The notes under the pieces were generated by a model, which was not told the origin of the DNA, searched no databases, and saw only the letters and a program-made list of their open reading frames with translations. A DNA stretch of 64,000 nt from Mytilus edulis (lineage: Eukaryota): the NCBI RefSeq assembly GCF_963676685.1, contig NC_092353.1:17236001-17300000 (forward strand), in the 5' to 3' direction. The first letter of the stretch is position 1. Every line of letters begins with the position of its first letter. Made by a program: the position numbers and the translations under genes. Below, in pieces: positions 1-15,054 of this stretch.

Positions 1-1112
1 TTCAAGTGCATCTATTGTTTTTCTTTATCTGAACAGTTTGGAGAAATGTTTTACTGTGCCCTGTTCTGGAAGATTTTCATAACATGTTAATTTGCACTGT
101 ACAATAAAATAAATTAACCCAGATTATAATGAATACCACTGTTCATTAGATTCACTGATATTTATTGATTATCCCACATCTGCTAGAGTAATCCGATCTT
201 TTTATGTTAACATTTAGAATTTATAATCAATATGGTATCATTACTGTTCATATATATTGTTAAATGAATGTAATTATTTTTAACAATGTATTTCAGAATA
301 ATGATGCACAATATTATAAGCTCAAACTTGGTTGAAAACTTGAAATTCAGTATTGTAATTCATGTGGAAAGGAAACCATGTTAGAATAGAACAAACTTAC
401 AAAAAATGAATTCAAACTGATTTATTTGTGGAAAATTCAAAATTTAAATTCCAAAAATCTGCTTGATCATTTTTTTTGGAAAAAATCCAATTAATTACAA
501 AAGCATGCATTATGCAAATACAACTTCCCTTTTGCAGTCTATTTTTAACTTGCCTAGATGTTAGCTGATAGTATGTATAGTATATGAGATTGGGGATATA
601 TTTAAACTCTGGGTCAATCCAAAATACAGTGAATTAATTATTTTCTGAATCTGTGAAAAGTGTCGAAATTCAGCTACAAAATGTACGAAAGTTTGTAGAG
701 TACACATCAGGGTTCAATGACTATTAGTCATAACACATTAAAATTATCTAAATATGCATGTTTTAATTTGCCATTGGATGTTCATGCATTCCTCCATTAA
801 TGAGGTTGGCAAAAAAGTAAATCACAAAAATGCTATACTCTGAAGAAAATTCAGATAGTTAAGTCCAAAATCAATGGCAAAATCAAAAGCTCAAACACAT
901 CAATGAATGGATAACAATTACTTTTGCAACTGTCATATTCCTGACTTGGTACACAATACATGACAACTGTCATATTCCTGACTTGGTACACAATACATGA
1001 CACAGGAAACATTTCAAATACAAGCAAACACCAGAAAATATTAGTGTAAACCAGGTTCTCTGTTTTCGTATATAAAATAATAAATCTGTACAATATGTGA
1101 CTTATTTTTCAG

Positions 1113-2841
1113 AGAAGAAAGGTATGGTTTATTCCAATGCCTCGAAGTATTACTTAATCTACACTCCTCCCCCAGTTCTCACACTTCACCTTAAGAGGTT
1201 TGAACAGGTAATTATAATTTATATATGAGCTCTTTTATTTTTATCAAGAGACGCTTATGCATTTCCAATCAAAATGCAGATGGATTATCTCACACTCAGA
1301 TTTTGTAATTTCTGAAATCAAATTTAGCTTTGATTGTAAAAACAGATGACTTTTCAGTATGTTCAGTATTGTTAATCATGTTAAACTTGTTTAATCATAG
1401 AAAGACAGATTGAGGAAGCAAAGCTATCTACAATTGTTTATTTGATATATTTGTAGGTTGGTTTTACCTCACGGAAGGTTAATAGACACGTAGACTTCCC
1501 GTTTATACTGGACATTTCTCCTTTCTGTAGTTCTATGTGCCAGGTAAGTACATTGAAATACATGTGAAGGGTTCTTACTAACAAGTTTTTGAAGGTGAGT
1601 CCAAGGAATCTTCATTTTTTGCCATGTCAAGAAAAAGATATTGTATTGCTATATCATTTCAGTCTCCATGACAAAACAGAGAAAGGAAATTACATCAAAC
1701 TTAGATTATTTTATTACCTTTTGCTATTTAATGATTTTTGTGATCAGTTAAAACAACAGTTTAAAATCTTGATGCACCTTCGGATTTCTCAGTTTTGAAG
1801 ATGAGAAGTTCAGATAGATTTTCATCCAAAAGTAGCCACAGTAAACTGAAGTACATGTGCAATTTATGGTTTAAATCTCAAAGTTTTAAACATCAGTATT
1901 CTTCAACACACATGTATTTTTACAATTATCTTAATAGATGACAATTGAGCAATATAGGCCCTTGAGAACACCCAAGTTTTCAGTTCAATTCAATTCAATT
2001 CAAAGCTTTATTTATAGTAGGCATGTTACATAACAAATAAACATAAGCTCTGTGATCTTTTATAACAGACAAATACATACATTTACATATTAATCATACA
2101 CAATACTAATATTAAAACATAAAAGACATAGAACATACATTTCATGCACATTTAGTCTGAACTAATTTAAATACTATATACTATATATACATGAATGAGA
2201 ACTAAGCTAAAAGCAAAAAAGAAAATTCATTGGTATTAAAGTAATGGGGTAAAAAGTTGTAAATATTCTTTAAAAAAAAAACCAACTTAAACAGAACTTA
2301 AAATTGCATTTCTTATTCCTCTTTCTGAGAAATAGCAGTTACTTACAGTAAACATGTTTTCTAACACCTACATAGTGCAAACATGTTAATGGATCAATTA
2401 AAGTTTCTTCTCACACCTGCTCACATTTTAATCATCTGTAAGTATTTTATTTTATTTCATATCATGATTATATAATTGTAGGGAGTGAAACCAGGTCAGA
2501 AGAAAATCTTATACTCCCTATATGGTGTGGTCGAACACAGTGGGCGATTGAATGCTGGTCATTATACAGCTTATGTTAAAGTCCGACCAAATATTGGAAT
2601 GATATCAAATTACTATAACCATTCAGGCCCTTCATTCAATGACTATATACAGAGGTACACGGAACGTCTTGTAAATAATGGACCAAAGGAAAATGTAGAA
2701 GATATTGATGAAGTCCAGGAAGAGAAGTTAGTCCCTCCTGGTCGCTGGTACCATATTAGTGACAGTCGTGTCAGTGAGGCTACGGAATCTACTGTACAGA
2801 GAGCTCAGGCTTACTTACTATTTTATGAACGCATTTATTAA
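1113..2841 (+). CDS. USP16/USP45: Ubiquitin carboxyl-terminal hydrolase 16/45-like, last three coding exons (5' part outside window)
   Basis: Exons 1113-1207 (KKGMVYSNASKYYLIYTPPPVLTLHLKRFEQ), 1457-1543 (VGFTSRKVNRHVDFPFILDISPFCSSMCQ) and 2482-2841 (YSLYGVVEHSGRLNAGHYTAYVK...WYHISDSRV...QAYLLFYERIY*). All have AG/GT junctions and join in frame. USP His-box motifs are present; PPVLTLHLKRF and the insert after AYVK resemble USP16/45. Confidence 0.9.
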
Positions 2842-3071
2842 CCAAAGAATACACATATATAATATTGCTGTCAGCAATTTGTTAAATTTGCTTTTTATAG
2901 GTGATTGTAGGTTTATGGGGAGAATTTAGGGGGTAATGAATTTGTCTTTACTATTACAAGGTTTGGTATATATTGTTAACTTGATTAATTTAAATCATTT
3001 TGTCTTATATCTCAATGTTATAAAAATAGAATGAATATTTGTATAGCCTCAGGTGAAGTGAGGGCACAACA

Positions 3072-5314
3072 TTTTTTATACGACCGCAAAATTTGAAAAA
3101 ATTTTCGTCGTATATTGCTATCACGTTGGCGTCGTCGTCGTCGTCGTCCGAATACTTTTAGTTTTCGCACTCTAACTTTAGTAAAAGTGAATGGAAATCT
3201 ATGAAATTTTAACACAAGGTTTATGACCACAAAAGGAAGGTTGGTATTGATTTTGAGAGTTTTGGTCCCAACATTTTAGGAATTAGGGGCCAAAAAGGGC
3301 CCAAATAAGCATTTTCTTGGTTTTCGCACTATAACTTTAGTTTAAGTTAATAGAAATCTATGAAATTTTGACACAAGGTTTATGACCACAAAAGAACGGT
3401 TGGGATTGATTTTGGGAGTTTTGGTTTCAACAGTTTAGGAATTAGGGGCCAAAAAAGGGCCCAAATAAGCATTATTCTTGGTTTTCGCACAATAACTTTA
3501 GTTTAAGTAAATAGAAATCAATGATCTTTAAACACAATGTTAATGACTACAAAAGGAAGGTTGGTATTGATTTTGGGAGTTTAGGTCCCAACAGTTTAGG
3601 AATTAGGGGCCAAAAAGGGACCCAAATAAGCATTTTTCTTGGTTTTCGCACCATAACGTTAGTATAAGTAAATAGAAATCTATGAAATTTAAACACAAGG
3701 TTTATGACCATAAAAGGAAGGTTGGTATTGATTTTGGGAGTTTTGGTCCCAACAGAATAAGGGGCCCAAAGGGTCCAAAATTAAACTTTGTTTGATTTCA
3801 TCAAAATTGAATAATTGGGGTTCTTTGATATGCCGAATCTAACTATGTATGTAGATTCTTAATTTTTGGTCCCGTTTTCAAATTGGTCTACATTAAGGTC
3901 CACAGGGTCCAAAATTAAACTTAGTTTGATTTTAACAAAAATTTAATCCTTGGGGTTCTTTGATATGCTGAATTTAAAAATGTACTTAGATTTTTAATTA
4001 TTGGCCTAGTTTTCAAGTTGGTCCAAATGGGGGTCCAAAATTAAACTTTGTTTGATTTCATCAAAAATTGAATAAATGGGTTCTTTGATATGCCAAATCT
4101 AACTGTGTATGTAGATTCTTAATTTTTGGTCCAGTTTTCAAATTGGTCTACATTATAAGGTCCAAAGGGTCCAAAATTAAACTAAGTTTGATTTTAACAA
4201 AAATTAAATTCTTGGGCTTATTTGATATGTTTTATCTAAATATGTACTTTGATTTTTGATTATGGGCCCAGTTTTCAAGTTGGTCCAAATCAGGATTCCA
4301 TATCAAGTATTGTGCAATAGCAAGAAATTTTCAATTGCACAGTATTGCACAATAGCAAGAAATATCTAATTGCACAATATTGTGCAATAGCAATTAATTT
4401 TCAATTGGAGTTATCTTTCTTTGTATAGAATAGTAGTTGATAATATATGTTGGAAATTTGCCAGACATGACTATGATGTCATTTTCTATTTTTATTTGCC
4501 AATAACTTTATGAAAATAACTACATTGGAAATTTGCCAATATAAAATGTTGCTGATGAAGCTTTTTTTCCTTATCTTATCTAAAATGTTTTTAGATAATG
4601 TATGTTGGACATTTGCCTGACATGACTATGATGTCATTTTCTATTTTTATTTGCCAATAACTTTATGTAAATAACTTCATTGGAAATTTGCCAATATAAA
4701 ATGTTGCTGATGAAGTTTTTTTTATTGTTTTATACAATAAACAATGTATATTCACTTTTACTACCAACCAATCTTTACCATTCAGTGATAACAAGCACTT
4801 TATTTTACATTTTAATATTTTATGATGTATTTAAAAGAGTAGTTATTGTTGCAAACTCCATTAGAAATTTGAATTGATATCAGTTTTGGAAAAAGGGAAA
4901 CGGGGATGTGAAAAAAAAGGGGGGGGGTTTAAATTTTTCTCATTTCAGATTTCATAAATAAAAAGAAAATTTCTTCAAACATTTTTTTGAGAGGATTAAT
5001 ATTCAACAGCATAGTGAATTGCTCAAAGGCAAAAAAAAAAAAGTTCATTAGACCACATTCATTCTGTGTCAGAAACCTATGCTGTGTCAACTATTTAATT
5101 TTAGATTTAAAAAGTTTGAAGAAGAAATCTTTAATTGATTTGTAAAATCTTGACATTTGTTTTGTGTAAAAAAAAACCATGTAATGTCAAAAATTTGATC
5201 ACAATCCAAATTCAGAGCTGTATCACGCTTGAATGTTTTGTCCATACTTTCCCCAACTGTTCAGGGTTCGACCTCTGCGGTCGTATAAAGCTGCGCCCTG
5301 CGGAGCACCTGGTT
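3072..5314 (+). mobile_element. Helentron-associated non-autonomous element (HINE/DINE-1-like) with internal satellite arrays
   Basis: Subterminal inverted repeats tttatacgaccgca (3075-3088) and tgcggtcgtataaa (5276-5289), a (GTC)n microsatellite near 3130, a 3' hairpin gctgcgccctgcggagc, and T-rich ends. Internal ~160-bp repeats start at 3161, 3320, 3481 and 3642; ~130-bp alternating subunits lie at about 3772-4290. Confidence 0.8.
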
Positions 5315-7778
5315 GTATCTTGGAACACATTTATATATATGTATTTATAACATTTGTTTTCAAGGTTAATATATGCATATGATTTTATTTTATTTTTACT
5401 AAGGTTATTTGCTTCCCTTCTCTGCTAATATTTACTGAAATAGTGTTAGAAACTCGTTAACTTGGTTGAATTTAAAGTTTCCTACCTATACACGCTATGG
5501 CTTGTGCTATTGCAGGTTTCTTTCTCAATATATATACTGCGGATTCATTTTATTCGTTGTATAGCAATTTTCATGGGTACAAGTTAACCACCAATTCAAA
5601 TGATCAACAAATAGTAAATTTTTCTTAGGTTTATTTCATACAGGGTTGATAAAACCAGGATATCAAATATCCATCAAAATACAAGTTTTCCTCATTTCAC
5701 GAAAATTGATACCCGGGAAATTAAATAAATCCCCGGCACAAATGTATAAAGAGAAAGAAGCTGTGTTTATAATAGATTTGTTATTAGCTGTTAATCTGTT
5801 AATTTATTTGTTTTGTTTGCATAATGTGTTCTTATTTTTTTGTTTTATATCAAAGGTGTCAAGTTTCTAAAATCTTAACCCTGAGATTAAACAATGTGTG
5901 TTGATATACATATTTTGTGCCCTTGTTAAATATCTGAAGTAAACATTGCAATAATCCAGGTTACTGGTTCAGAGTTCACGAGATAAATCAATACCACATC
6001 CCAGATGACCTTGAACATTGTGATTGTATAGGCAGACATTGGACAACAAAATATATATATACAAAGCAAATTTGTAGTCATATTATGAAGTCAGGGTCAT
6101 CAGTGGCCATGTGGTGTTAACTAATTCATATAGGTATTGTAAACTTATCACTGAGGTTGTGTGTTCAAACCCTGATCATTGGAGGTGTGTTGGACTCCTA
6201 TCTTATTTGACTAGGATTGAAGGTGGTTCTCTCCATGTACTCTGGCTGACTCAATCAGTTAAAACAGTGTATACTTTTGTTGGAAAAGGGACTGTAAAAC
6301 TGATGTTAAAATGAAGTTAATAATGATAATGTGTCTTGACATTTATGATCCTCTTTCAGTATTCTATGTTATTGATATTTACCTGTTTTGAATGTTAATG
6401 AATACTGGAATATGTGCATTATGTAGGTAACAGAAATTTAAAAATTAAATTTTTATATTTTTCAACACTAAGGTTCCTTTTTAGATTATCTCATTACAAA
6501 ACAAAATAATCTCATTACTCTTTAGAATTTATATTTTTATTTAAATAAATGGTGGTTTTTTGATAAGCAGAGATTTTTTTATTTTTGATGAAAACACAAT
6601 AATTCGGATCATGTAGTAATTTAAAAAAAATAAAATAATAAATTTTGAAGATGAAAAGGTGTTTACTTTTCATAACTTACCTTATTTTTTTCATTTGGAT
6701 AAAGGTCATCATTTCATCAAATTTCATATTTGATACCATTATAACAAATTATATATACCCTTTTTTAATTGATTGCTAATTTCATGTTTATCTTCTTATC
6801 GTTTGTTTATAGATTCTTAAACCCTGCAAAGCCTTCTCTGTTTTCTGCAGCAGGTTAAAATATCTCAAAGTCAACTTAAAGCATTCAATAAGTCAAAGAT
6901 TCAAAACAATATTTAGCAGCATATGAATTTAAAAAATCAGTTTCCGAATATATAGCAGTTATGACCTGTTAAAATATTCCTTTTTCAAATTTAAATATGT
7001 TGATTATGATTATGAAAGCGTGGATTTTATTTAACAATTTTCCTTTGTGAGGAATGTCACAGAAAGTGAGAATAGATACTCCATATCTTGAATGCAGATG
7101 CATTGTCGTGATTATGGTTCGAAATTCTATCTTGCTTGTGTCTCTTATCCTTTCATGGTTCATTGGTTAATGTTTAGTTTCTTCGATAAGATCCTATTCT
7201 ATACAGAATAGTCAACATGATTTGAAGTATAGAATGATTGTAAGTTGTATATGTCTGCCTGGCAGGGTTCACTTGACCTTGACCTCATTTTCATGGTTTA
7301 TTGGTAAATGTTAAATTTTTAGTGATTAGATTACAACTGTAAAAAGTGTTATATAAATGGTACAGGAGGTGATTATTTTATTGGCAGATTTTCTCATCAG
7401 TATTCCTTACAGCCTGCTTTATAACTATTATGTTTTGAACAATGTTAAACATTAAGAAAATACTATAACTTTATGCGCGAAAAAAACCCAATTATTTATG
7501 GGCAGTGTTAATATGAAATAAATTTATTTGATTAAGATCCAAGTGATTTAATTTATAAGATACATTTTAAAAGAGATATTATAAATGTTTTCTGAGTTCA
7601 GTCTGTTTACATTGTTGTAAAACGATATGATTTATTGCATTTTACCAATGCTGATAATATTTGTTATAAACCTGTGGTTGATTTGTTTGTATGATAAAAA
7701 AAAAGTTTAATAATAAACAAAATCTCAGCAAAAAATGTGTTATTTTTCTTAAAATAAAAGGTCAGTATGTTGTGTTTC

Positions 7779-8620
7779 TTTTAAGCTCACCTGGCCTGGA
7801 AGGTCAAGTGAGCTATTCTCATCACTTGGCGTCCATTATCTGTCTTCGTCGTCGTCATCAACTTTTAACATTTTGAACTTCTTCTAGAGAACCACTGAAT
7901 GGAATGGAACCAAACATGGCACGACTGTTTCTTATGAGGTGCTGACCAAGTGCCGTTATTTTAAAGCCTATCCATCATCCATGATGGACGCCAGCGAGGG
8001 ACTTAGTTTCACACAGAACCCTATGGGAAATACATACATATGTCTTCTTATAAGAACCACTGAAGAGAAAGAAACAAAACAAAAGCATGAATGTTCCTTA
8101 TGAGGTGCTAACCAAGTGTTGTTACTTTGTAGCTGATCCATCGTCCAAGATGGACGACAGCAGGGAACTTAGTTTTACATAGGACCCTATGGGAAATACA
8201 TATAAATGTCTTCTTAAAAAGAACCACTAAATGGAATGAAACCAAACATAGCATGAATGTTCCTTATGAGGTGCTGATCAAGTGTTGTTACTTTGAAGCC
8301 AATCCATCATCCAAGATGGCCGCCAGCTTAACATAGGACCCTATGGGAAATACATACAAATGTCTTCTTTTAGAGAACCATTGCTTGGAATGAAACTAAA
8401 CATGTCATAAATGTTCTTTATTAGGTGCTGATAAAGTGTTGCTGATTTACTGTTCAAGATGGCCACCAGGACTTATTATTAAATTATGCAGCCAATATTA
8501 AACAAAATTTGGCCTCAATCATTAATTAAGTATCTGTTATGATTTTTATCTTTTTTTATATGATTTCAAAAACCCAAGTAGAGTCATGTGAGCGACACAG
8601 GATCTTGAGAGCCTCTAGTT
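7779..8620 (+). mobile_element. HINE/Helentron-type non-autonomous element with ~165-bp tandem repeats
   Basis: 5' end ttaagctcacctggcctggaaggtcaagtgagct (subTIR plus its inverted copy), (GTC)n, four repeats starting gaaccactgaatggaat (7890, 8054, 8221, 8375), and 3' end gtgagcgacacaggatcttgagagcctctagtt. Confidence 0.8.
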
Positions 8621-10220
8621 AAAATTTTTATCTCATCTTAATGATTTAGGCTATATTAGCTCTTACCGCTACTTGGCTTCCGTTAGTTACCTGATATCAG
8701 AAGAATTAATATCTTCTTCTCTGCAACCTAAGATCCAAGTTCAGCCGAAATTGGCCCTAGTGGTCATCAGTCTATTTAGTTCATATTTTATGATTTAGCT
8801 AATGCCTGTCTACAAACCATTTGACCATGGATAAAAATTTAGCATTATAGACAAATTCTTGAATTTGATTTATGAGACTATAAATGATTTATAAAATCTT
8901 GGGTTTTTTTTTTTACAATTTCTTCCTACAGCATTGCCTAACCAACAGGGATGGAGCTGTTTTAACCAATTAATCTATATACACTGAAATATAGTTCCAA
9001 TTAATTCTCATCTAAATGTAAATGTGCACATTTGACAAATTAAAAGTAGAAAATTAGGGTGATATGTTTATGAAAAGATAGGTCCTTGTTATTGATTAAG
9101 AGTATTGCTACAATACCAGTATGATTGGCAACTGTTTTGATCAACAACAATAAGAGAGAAAGGTGAAGTAAAAAAAATTGAAACTCCTCTCATTTTTTTA
9201 GACCAAACTAACTTTTGATCTTTATGGTTAAGTACTTTTAAATTACACAACACAACATAATTGACCTCTTTGTTATGGTAATTAAGTTTAATGACATTCT
9301 ATCTTCTGCAAAAAAATGTCTAAGAATTGTAGACATCATGTTTTTTTCAACCCCATGGATGGAAGACTGAAATATAAGTTGAATAGACATAAATTCCTTT
9401 CAATCTTAGGCCAATTTGTTTGATCACTTTGATTGGTAGACATATCTTTAACACCATTATATGTAACTTGACCTCTGTAATAAAACCTTAGTTCAAAGGT
9501 CATACTTCTTATTAGCCCAAAAGGTCAGTATTATCTGATCCCGAGGGTAACCTTGATATATAGGTTTTACTCTATTTGAACACCTTTATCAAAGAAAAGG
9601 TTTTAAAAAAGTAAACAATGGAAACTTGGTCAGATGAGCAATTCAAGTTACCCCCGAAAAAAAACCCGCATACAAGACAAGAAGGGGTGCACTAATGTTG
9701 GTGAGCATTTACCTATAATTATATGTGACAGATATTTTGTAATGGTCAACTAAATCATGACATCTTGTACGTATTCTTCAATTTTTTCATACTAAGAACC
9801 GTTGAGATGCTTCCTGGTAGAAACACATGATCAAGGAAAATCGTGATAGGAAATGCATGTTCGGAAATATCAATCTGAAATTTAAAAAAAGAGATGTTAT
9901 ATATGTCAATGAAAACCAGAGTACATAGAGGATCATAGAGCTCAATATTTTAAAAATTCTTTAAAAGTTTTCAACAATAGGCAGCTAATGTCAATATATT
10001 ATATATATATATACTACGTATAAGCTTCCGTTCACTATGAGCACCACCATGAGCTATGATGTAATGCAGTACATTCAGCGCTTTATATCGGTACAGCTTT
10101 AATGTGAGCATTTGCCCATCCAGTTCACTAACCTTGCCATGATAAGACTTACTTTTAGAAAGTGAACAATCCCCATAACAGCAAAAACAAGCCGGAATGT
10201 GTCCATAGTACACGGATGCC

Positions 10221-10368
10221 AAGTGGCAGATCTAAAAAATTTCATAAGTGGGGACACGCTAACTGCCTCAGAGGGGGCCGCTCCGACCATGCTTCCGTGA
10301 TACCCTGTATAATCAACCAATTTTTCCCACAAAAGGGAGGGGGGCAGGGGGCTCTAAATCCGCCTCTG
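10221..10368. mobile_element. MITE with 5-bp target-site duplication
   Basis: Ends agtggcagat...atccgcctctg, flanked on both sides by atgcc (10216-10220 and 10369-10373). Related copy at 33400. Confidence 0.7.
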
Positions 10369-10619
10369 ATGCCACACTCTCACCATCACTTCTATGTTCA
10401 GTGGACCAAAAACGTAAACATGCAGCCGGATCAGACGGACATACGGACGAACGAACGAACGCACAGACCAAAAACATAATGCCCCTAGATGTGGTATAAA
10501 ACAATGCAATAAAACATACGAACACACCATATCACCAGATTCGTCAATCCTCAAAATTGAAAAATATATATATAAAATAAGAGAAAAGAACATTATTATC
10601 AATGAGATCACTTTCCCAC

Positions 10620-10756
10620 TCACTCATTCTCTTTGTGTCTGTCAGCACATAAGGCCTCAACAAGTACTCACCACATTTGCCCGTCTTTTGCCTTCTTTTC
10701 AATCTCCTTCTAGGTGTATCCAAAGCCTTTCATCTCAGTGTCTAACATTTTGCGCT
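10620..10756 (-). mobile_element. RTE-type LINE 3' end fragment
   Basis: Minus strand reads RKMLDTEMKGFGYT*KEIEKKAKDGQMW*VLVEALCADRHKENE, resembling the C-terminus of RTE-clade ORF2. Confidence 0.55.
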
Positions 10757-13700
10757 AAACCGATACTGATGTCTATTTTGTATGTCAAGCTCTAAGACTT
10801 AATCGCCCCAGATCGAAAAAAGTCGCAGATGAATTAACCAAACTATCAAAAATTTACCAAGAAAACCATATTCCCGAAATAAGAAAAAGATAGCAAAGAA
10901 GATAATCGGGATTACACTGTTCAAAGGGTTTTTTTTTCACAAAATAAGTGCCAACATAGCATATGAAGGAAGTCGACTTTGTCCACCTCGCCGAGACACC
11001 ATGACAGAAGCTCTCACTTAAATGGTTCAAAATACTGCGCTCTGGCCAATACCCGAAATTTTAATAATTGACAAATAAACAATAACCCAAGCAAGTGATA
11101 AAAGGAACAATTTCACTGAAAAAAGATATTTCTTTTATGATCATGTATGTTATTGAACAAATAGTGTTTACCCTGTACACATTTCAATGCATTTACATGA
11201 AATATGAATTGTAGTAACCAAAACTTAATTTGACGTTTCTTTATCATGCACACCATAAAAATTGTTCTTTTAGCACGCCACTTCATTGATCTAATTATCT
11301 GTTGACAAAACTTTGAAATGTTCCGAATACCAGGCACAATTCTGTACATACATTAGGCCGTTAGTATTTTCGTTTAAATTGATTTACATTTGACATTTCG
11401 GGGCCTTTTATAGGTGACTATGCGGTATTGATTATGCTCATTGTTGAAGGCAGTACGATGCACTTTAGTTGTTTTTTTTCTGTGTCATTTGATCTCTTGT
11501 AGAGTGTTGTCTCATTGGCAATCATACCACATCTTCTTTTCTTAAATACATATTCATGTATCATATGTCGCTAGAAATTCTTAGGATATCCTACTTTAGA
11601 AAAAAGATTGCTTAAAGTTGGTTTAATCTTTCGAAATATTTGGTCCTCAATGCTTTTCAACTTTGTATTTATTTGTCCTTGTTTTTTATTCGAACATCGC
11701 TTATGGGCCTTCTGTTGACGAAAAGCGCGTATGTTGTAGACAATTACAATCCTGGTATCTTTGATGATTTTTATGGCCCTGCCACAAAATGGCCGAAGCT
11801 ATATAGTTTTTCGCGCGTTCGTCATTCTGTCATTCCATAATTTCGCAACGAACAATCATGATATGGTCTGTTTTTTTACTAAACGCCTACCCATATTGAG
11901 CTGATTTTTCGAATGTGAGTCAACTGCGGATCAAGTAACATTTGGATCTGCTCACTGCTCTGAGCAGGCCCTTACAGGACTGAAATGTTTGCTGCACATC
12001 TGCAACAGACCAGCTATAGGTTTGCTGCAAATAAATGGTAAATAGGGAACCTGTAAAAATTGTTTGCAGATATATCCAGCTAACAACACACCTCCTGTAA
12101 ACGTTATAGCTGTTCGCTGCTGATGACCGAAGGGTGAGCATTATTTTATTTCTAAAAAGAAGTGAAATACAATATACCGCCTCTATACATTACATTTAGC
12201 GTCGATTAAATGGTGACATGGCATGTTACAAAATGTTGGAAAATTGCATCACGGAATCTTTATTTTGTTCTACCTTCTTCGCTAAGCATTACAGGCGGAA
12301 ACCCAGTTGAAATAGAACAAAAGAATCAAAGCTCTTTGTTAGAGAATGCGAAATTTATCTATTACATAATAATGCAGAACAATTAGATATCAAGTCGACG
12401 ACATGGGTATCTATCAAGTTGGATGTAGAAAATACATAACCTTCGATTTTTTTTTTAAATTACCACGGACGGAGAACATATCAATCTATAAGTTCATTAA
12501 TTTTCGTGTCTGCCCTTCCATTATGTGACTCAAGAAAAAAATCCCAAAAATGGGTAACATTTGTATCGAAAAGAGAAAATCGAGTGCACCTTTTTATGTT
12601 AGGGCGTGTTTGAGGTGAATATTTTTACAAAAATAGAGTATTTGATATATCATCTCGCTTCAGATTCTATCATTTTTATATATCAAAGCTACAGGTTGAC
12701 TTTATAACATAAATATATCACAGTACGAAAAGATGAAATATATGGGTCAAGTGAAATTCCTATCTAATGAATCACAAAAACAGAGTAGGTGTGTTCGAAT
12801 GGCTATTTTTTTCTACTAAAAGTACTTGACGACAGTCTTTTAAGTTGAATGATGAAAATGCATATCTTCGAGATTTTTTTTTGTGTGTGATAACTAGGGT
12901 TTATAATCTTGAACCACAGAAAATCTTTAGTCTGCCCTTCCACGAAATATTTAATTAGATTTTTTTTTAAATGTTTAAGAATTTTCAAAAATCCACCTGA
13001 CAACCGATCAGACAATAGTTTTACGTTGAATCAACGCAGACAAGATCACTAACTTATGCTCATTAGCTAGAAGATACATTTGTCTTTTAAAATACAACTG
13101 ACATATAAGGATCGTAATAGTGCTATGTGGATAAATTTATCGGTTTTCAAGAGCAAAATTGGGACCGCGTCATCCCTACAATTGCTTCCATTTCTACGAG
13201 TACGAAAATGAACTGGCGTAATGGGGAGATAATTTTGACGAAGTAGAATCCTGACTGATTAAATAGTAAGAATGAATCGTACTACATGGTTACATTAACA
13301 TCCAATGATTTAAGTACTATAATATTAAATTTCTTGCGTTAGTTTTAGTCACTCAATTGTTTCAAGTTTGTTTAGTTTTATAAATTTTGGAGTTATAATT
13401 ATACATTTTTACCATATCATCTATGCGACTTCTTTTTAACTAAGTAACGGATTGCAAACGTCCCCTACTTATTTTCCCTACTAGCTTTATCAAATCTCAA
13501 CTTTATTGATAAAAAACACGGCATGCACCACTTGATTTTTGTTCACTGTCCGCATCATGACATACCCCTTTAAATGTTGTTATTGTCACATCTATAACTA
13601 TTATGTAGAAAGCGCATGCTCTAAGTAATCTTTATTTATAAACACAGGTATAAAAAAAGGCAATCTAAGGTAAGCAAACAGAATTTCTAGTAATTGTTGC

Positions 13701-15054
13701 AGACAATTAACAGCATTGATCTTAATGTCTTCATTTTTTTTCTTAACGCGAGTATAAGCCAGTAAATGAACAAATGTGTACACCTTGTTTTATCATACGA
13801 ATCGATGTAATGTTACGATACTTGCATGTAGCACACGTATTTCACAAATCAACGATTTTTTTTATTACACATTTAATGTGAGTTTAATGATGTTCTCTTT
13901 ACTGATATTCGAAGACGTTTTTAAAAGGGTTTCTATTGTATTTGCAATTACGAAGAGTTTCGATATAAACTGATGTAAACTGTGTTTTAATTCAAAATAA
14001 TGGAGAATGTTATTATTCTTCCTTATCAGTAGGAATTTGATTGGCTGGTAAGGACATGTTTACTCCGGGTAGAAACACACCTGTGTACCTGGAAAAGTTG
14101 TTTTAAATTCATTGATTTACATATATACTTTAACTAATATTCATTGAGCGTTTCAGAAAATAAAAATAATTATTGGATTTTGCGATTAATTTACCGCCGC
14201 TCGGCAGGAAGGTTATACTGTTTAACAACTGTCTGTCTGTCCGTCCGTCCCATTACATTTCTGTCATGCACAGTTATGTCAAGAACTTGGAGATTGACTG
14301 AAAATAGAAATTATACAATGTAAAAGTCTTGAATGACTCTAGAAGCTGATATACAATATTGATAAAAAAAATATAGCTTTTTTTTTGGTAGCACATTATA
14401 ATGACTGTCGGATGCAAAAGTAAAACTTCCTGTTATTTGTTATCAGTCTTCATGTCAGCACTGTTCTTTACCGTCGGACACGGTTTTATCAACTTTCAGT
14501 TAACCGAATTCTTATATTTGCTAAGATTTCTAAGCATAATGACCATGTATGAAATAGGAAATTACAATCAGTAGCTCTCTGAAATTTGTTATCCGACTTC
14601 TAGATAGCATGTTATTTAACTTCCTATTATTGATTATTTAACTCCTAGATACCAGGGTATTTTTTTAACACTAACTGCATGGCCATGTATGAACTATTCG
14701 TCGTATCTTTCTACACAATCAATTTAAATATAAGAGCTTCACGTTTGATATCAGGCTTAATGTGGACATACTTTTTCAGGTTAATTATTCTTCCTACTTC
14801 CTTTTTACCAAATGCTTAAACTGTTAAGAACGGGGTTGAGCAATTATTGCTCTCAGTTTTATTGTCTTGTCTGCAACGAAAGTCGCAGTATGCGAGATAT
14901 AGGAATGTCTGTCCGGCAGTGGCGGCGATGTAAACTATTTGTTGAAAGCTTTATATTTTAGAAGGAATCAGACCAGTATGATTCGTACAGTATATGCAGA
15001 TTCAACATTAAATACAATACAATATATTTCAGTTTATCACAGACATAATAGAAT

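Noticed and set aside
1-1100. Additional upstream USP exon within the window
   Set aside because: No open, motif-bearing segment with credible splice sites was found; the region appears intronic.
4680-14000. Numerous 60-105 aa ORFs in the supplied track
   Set aside because: No recognisable domains or splice-consistent structure, and many overlap repeats; expected by chance.
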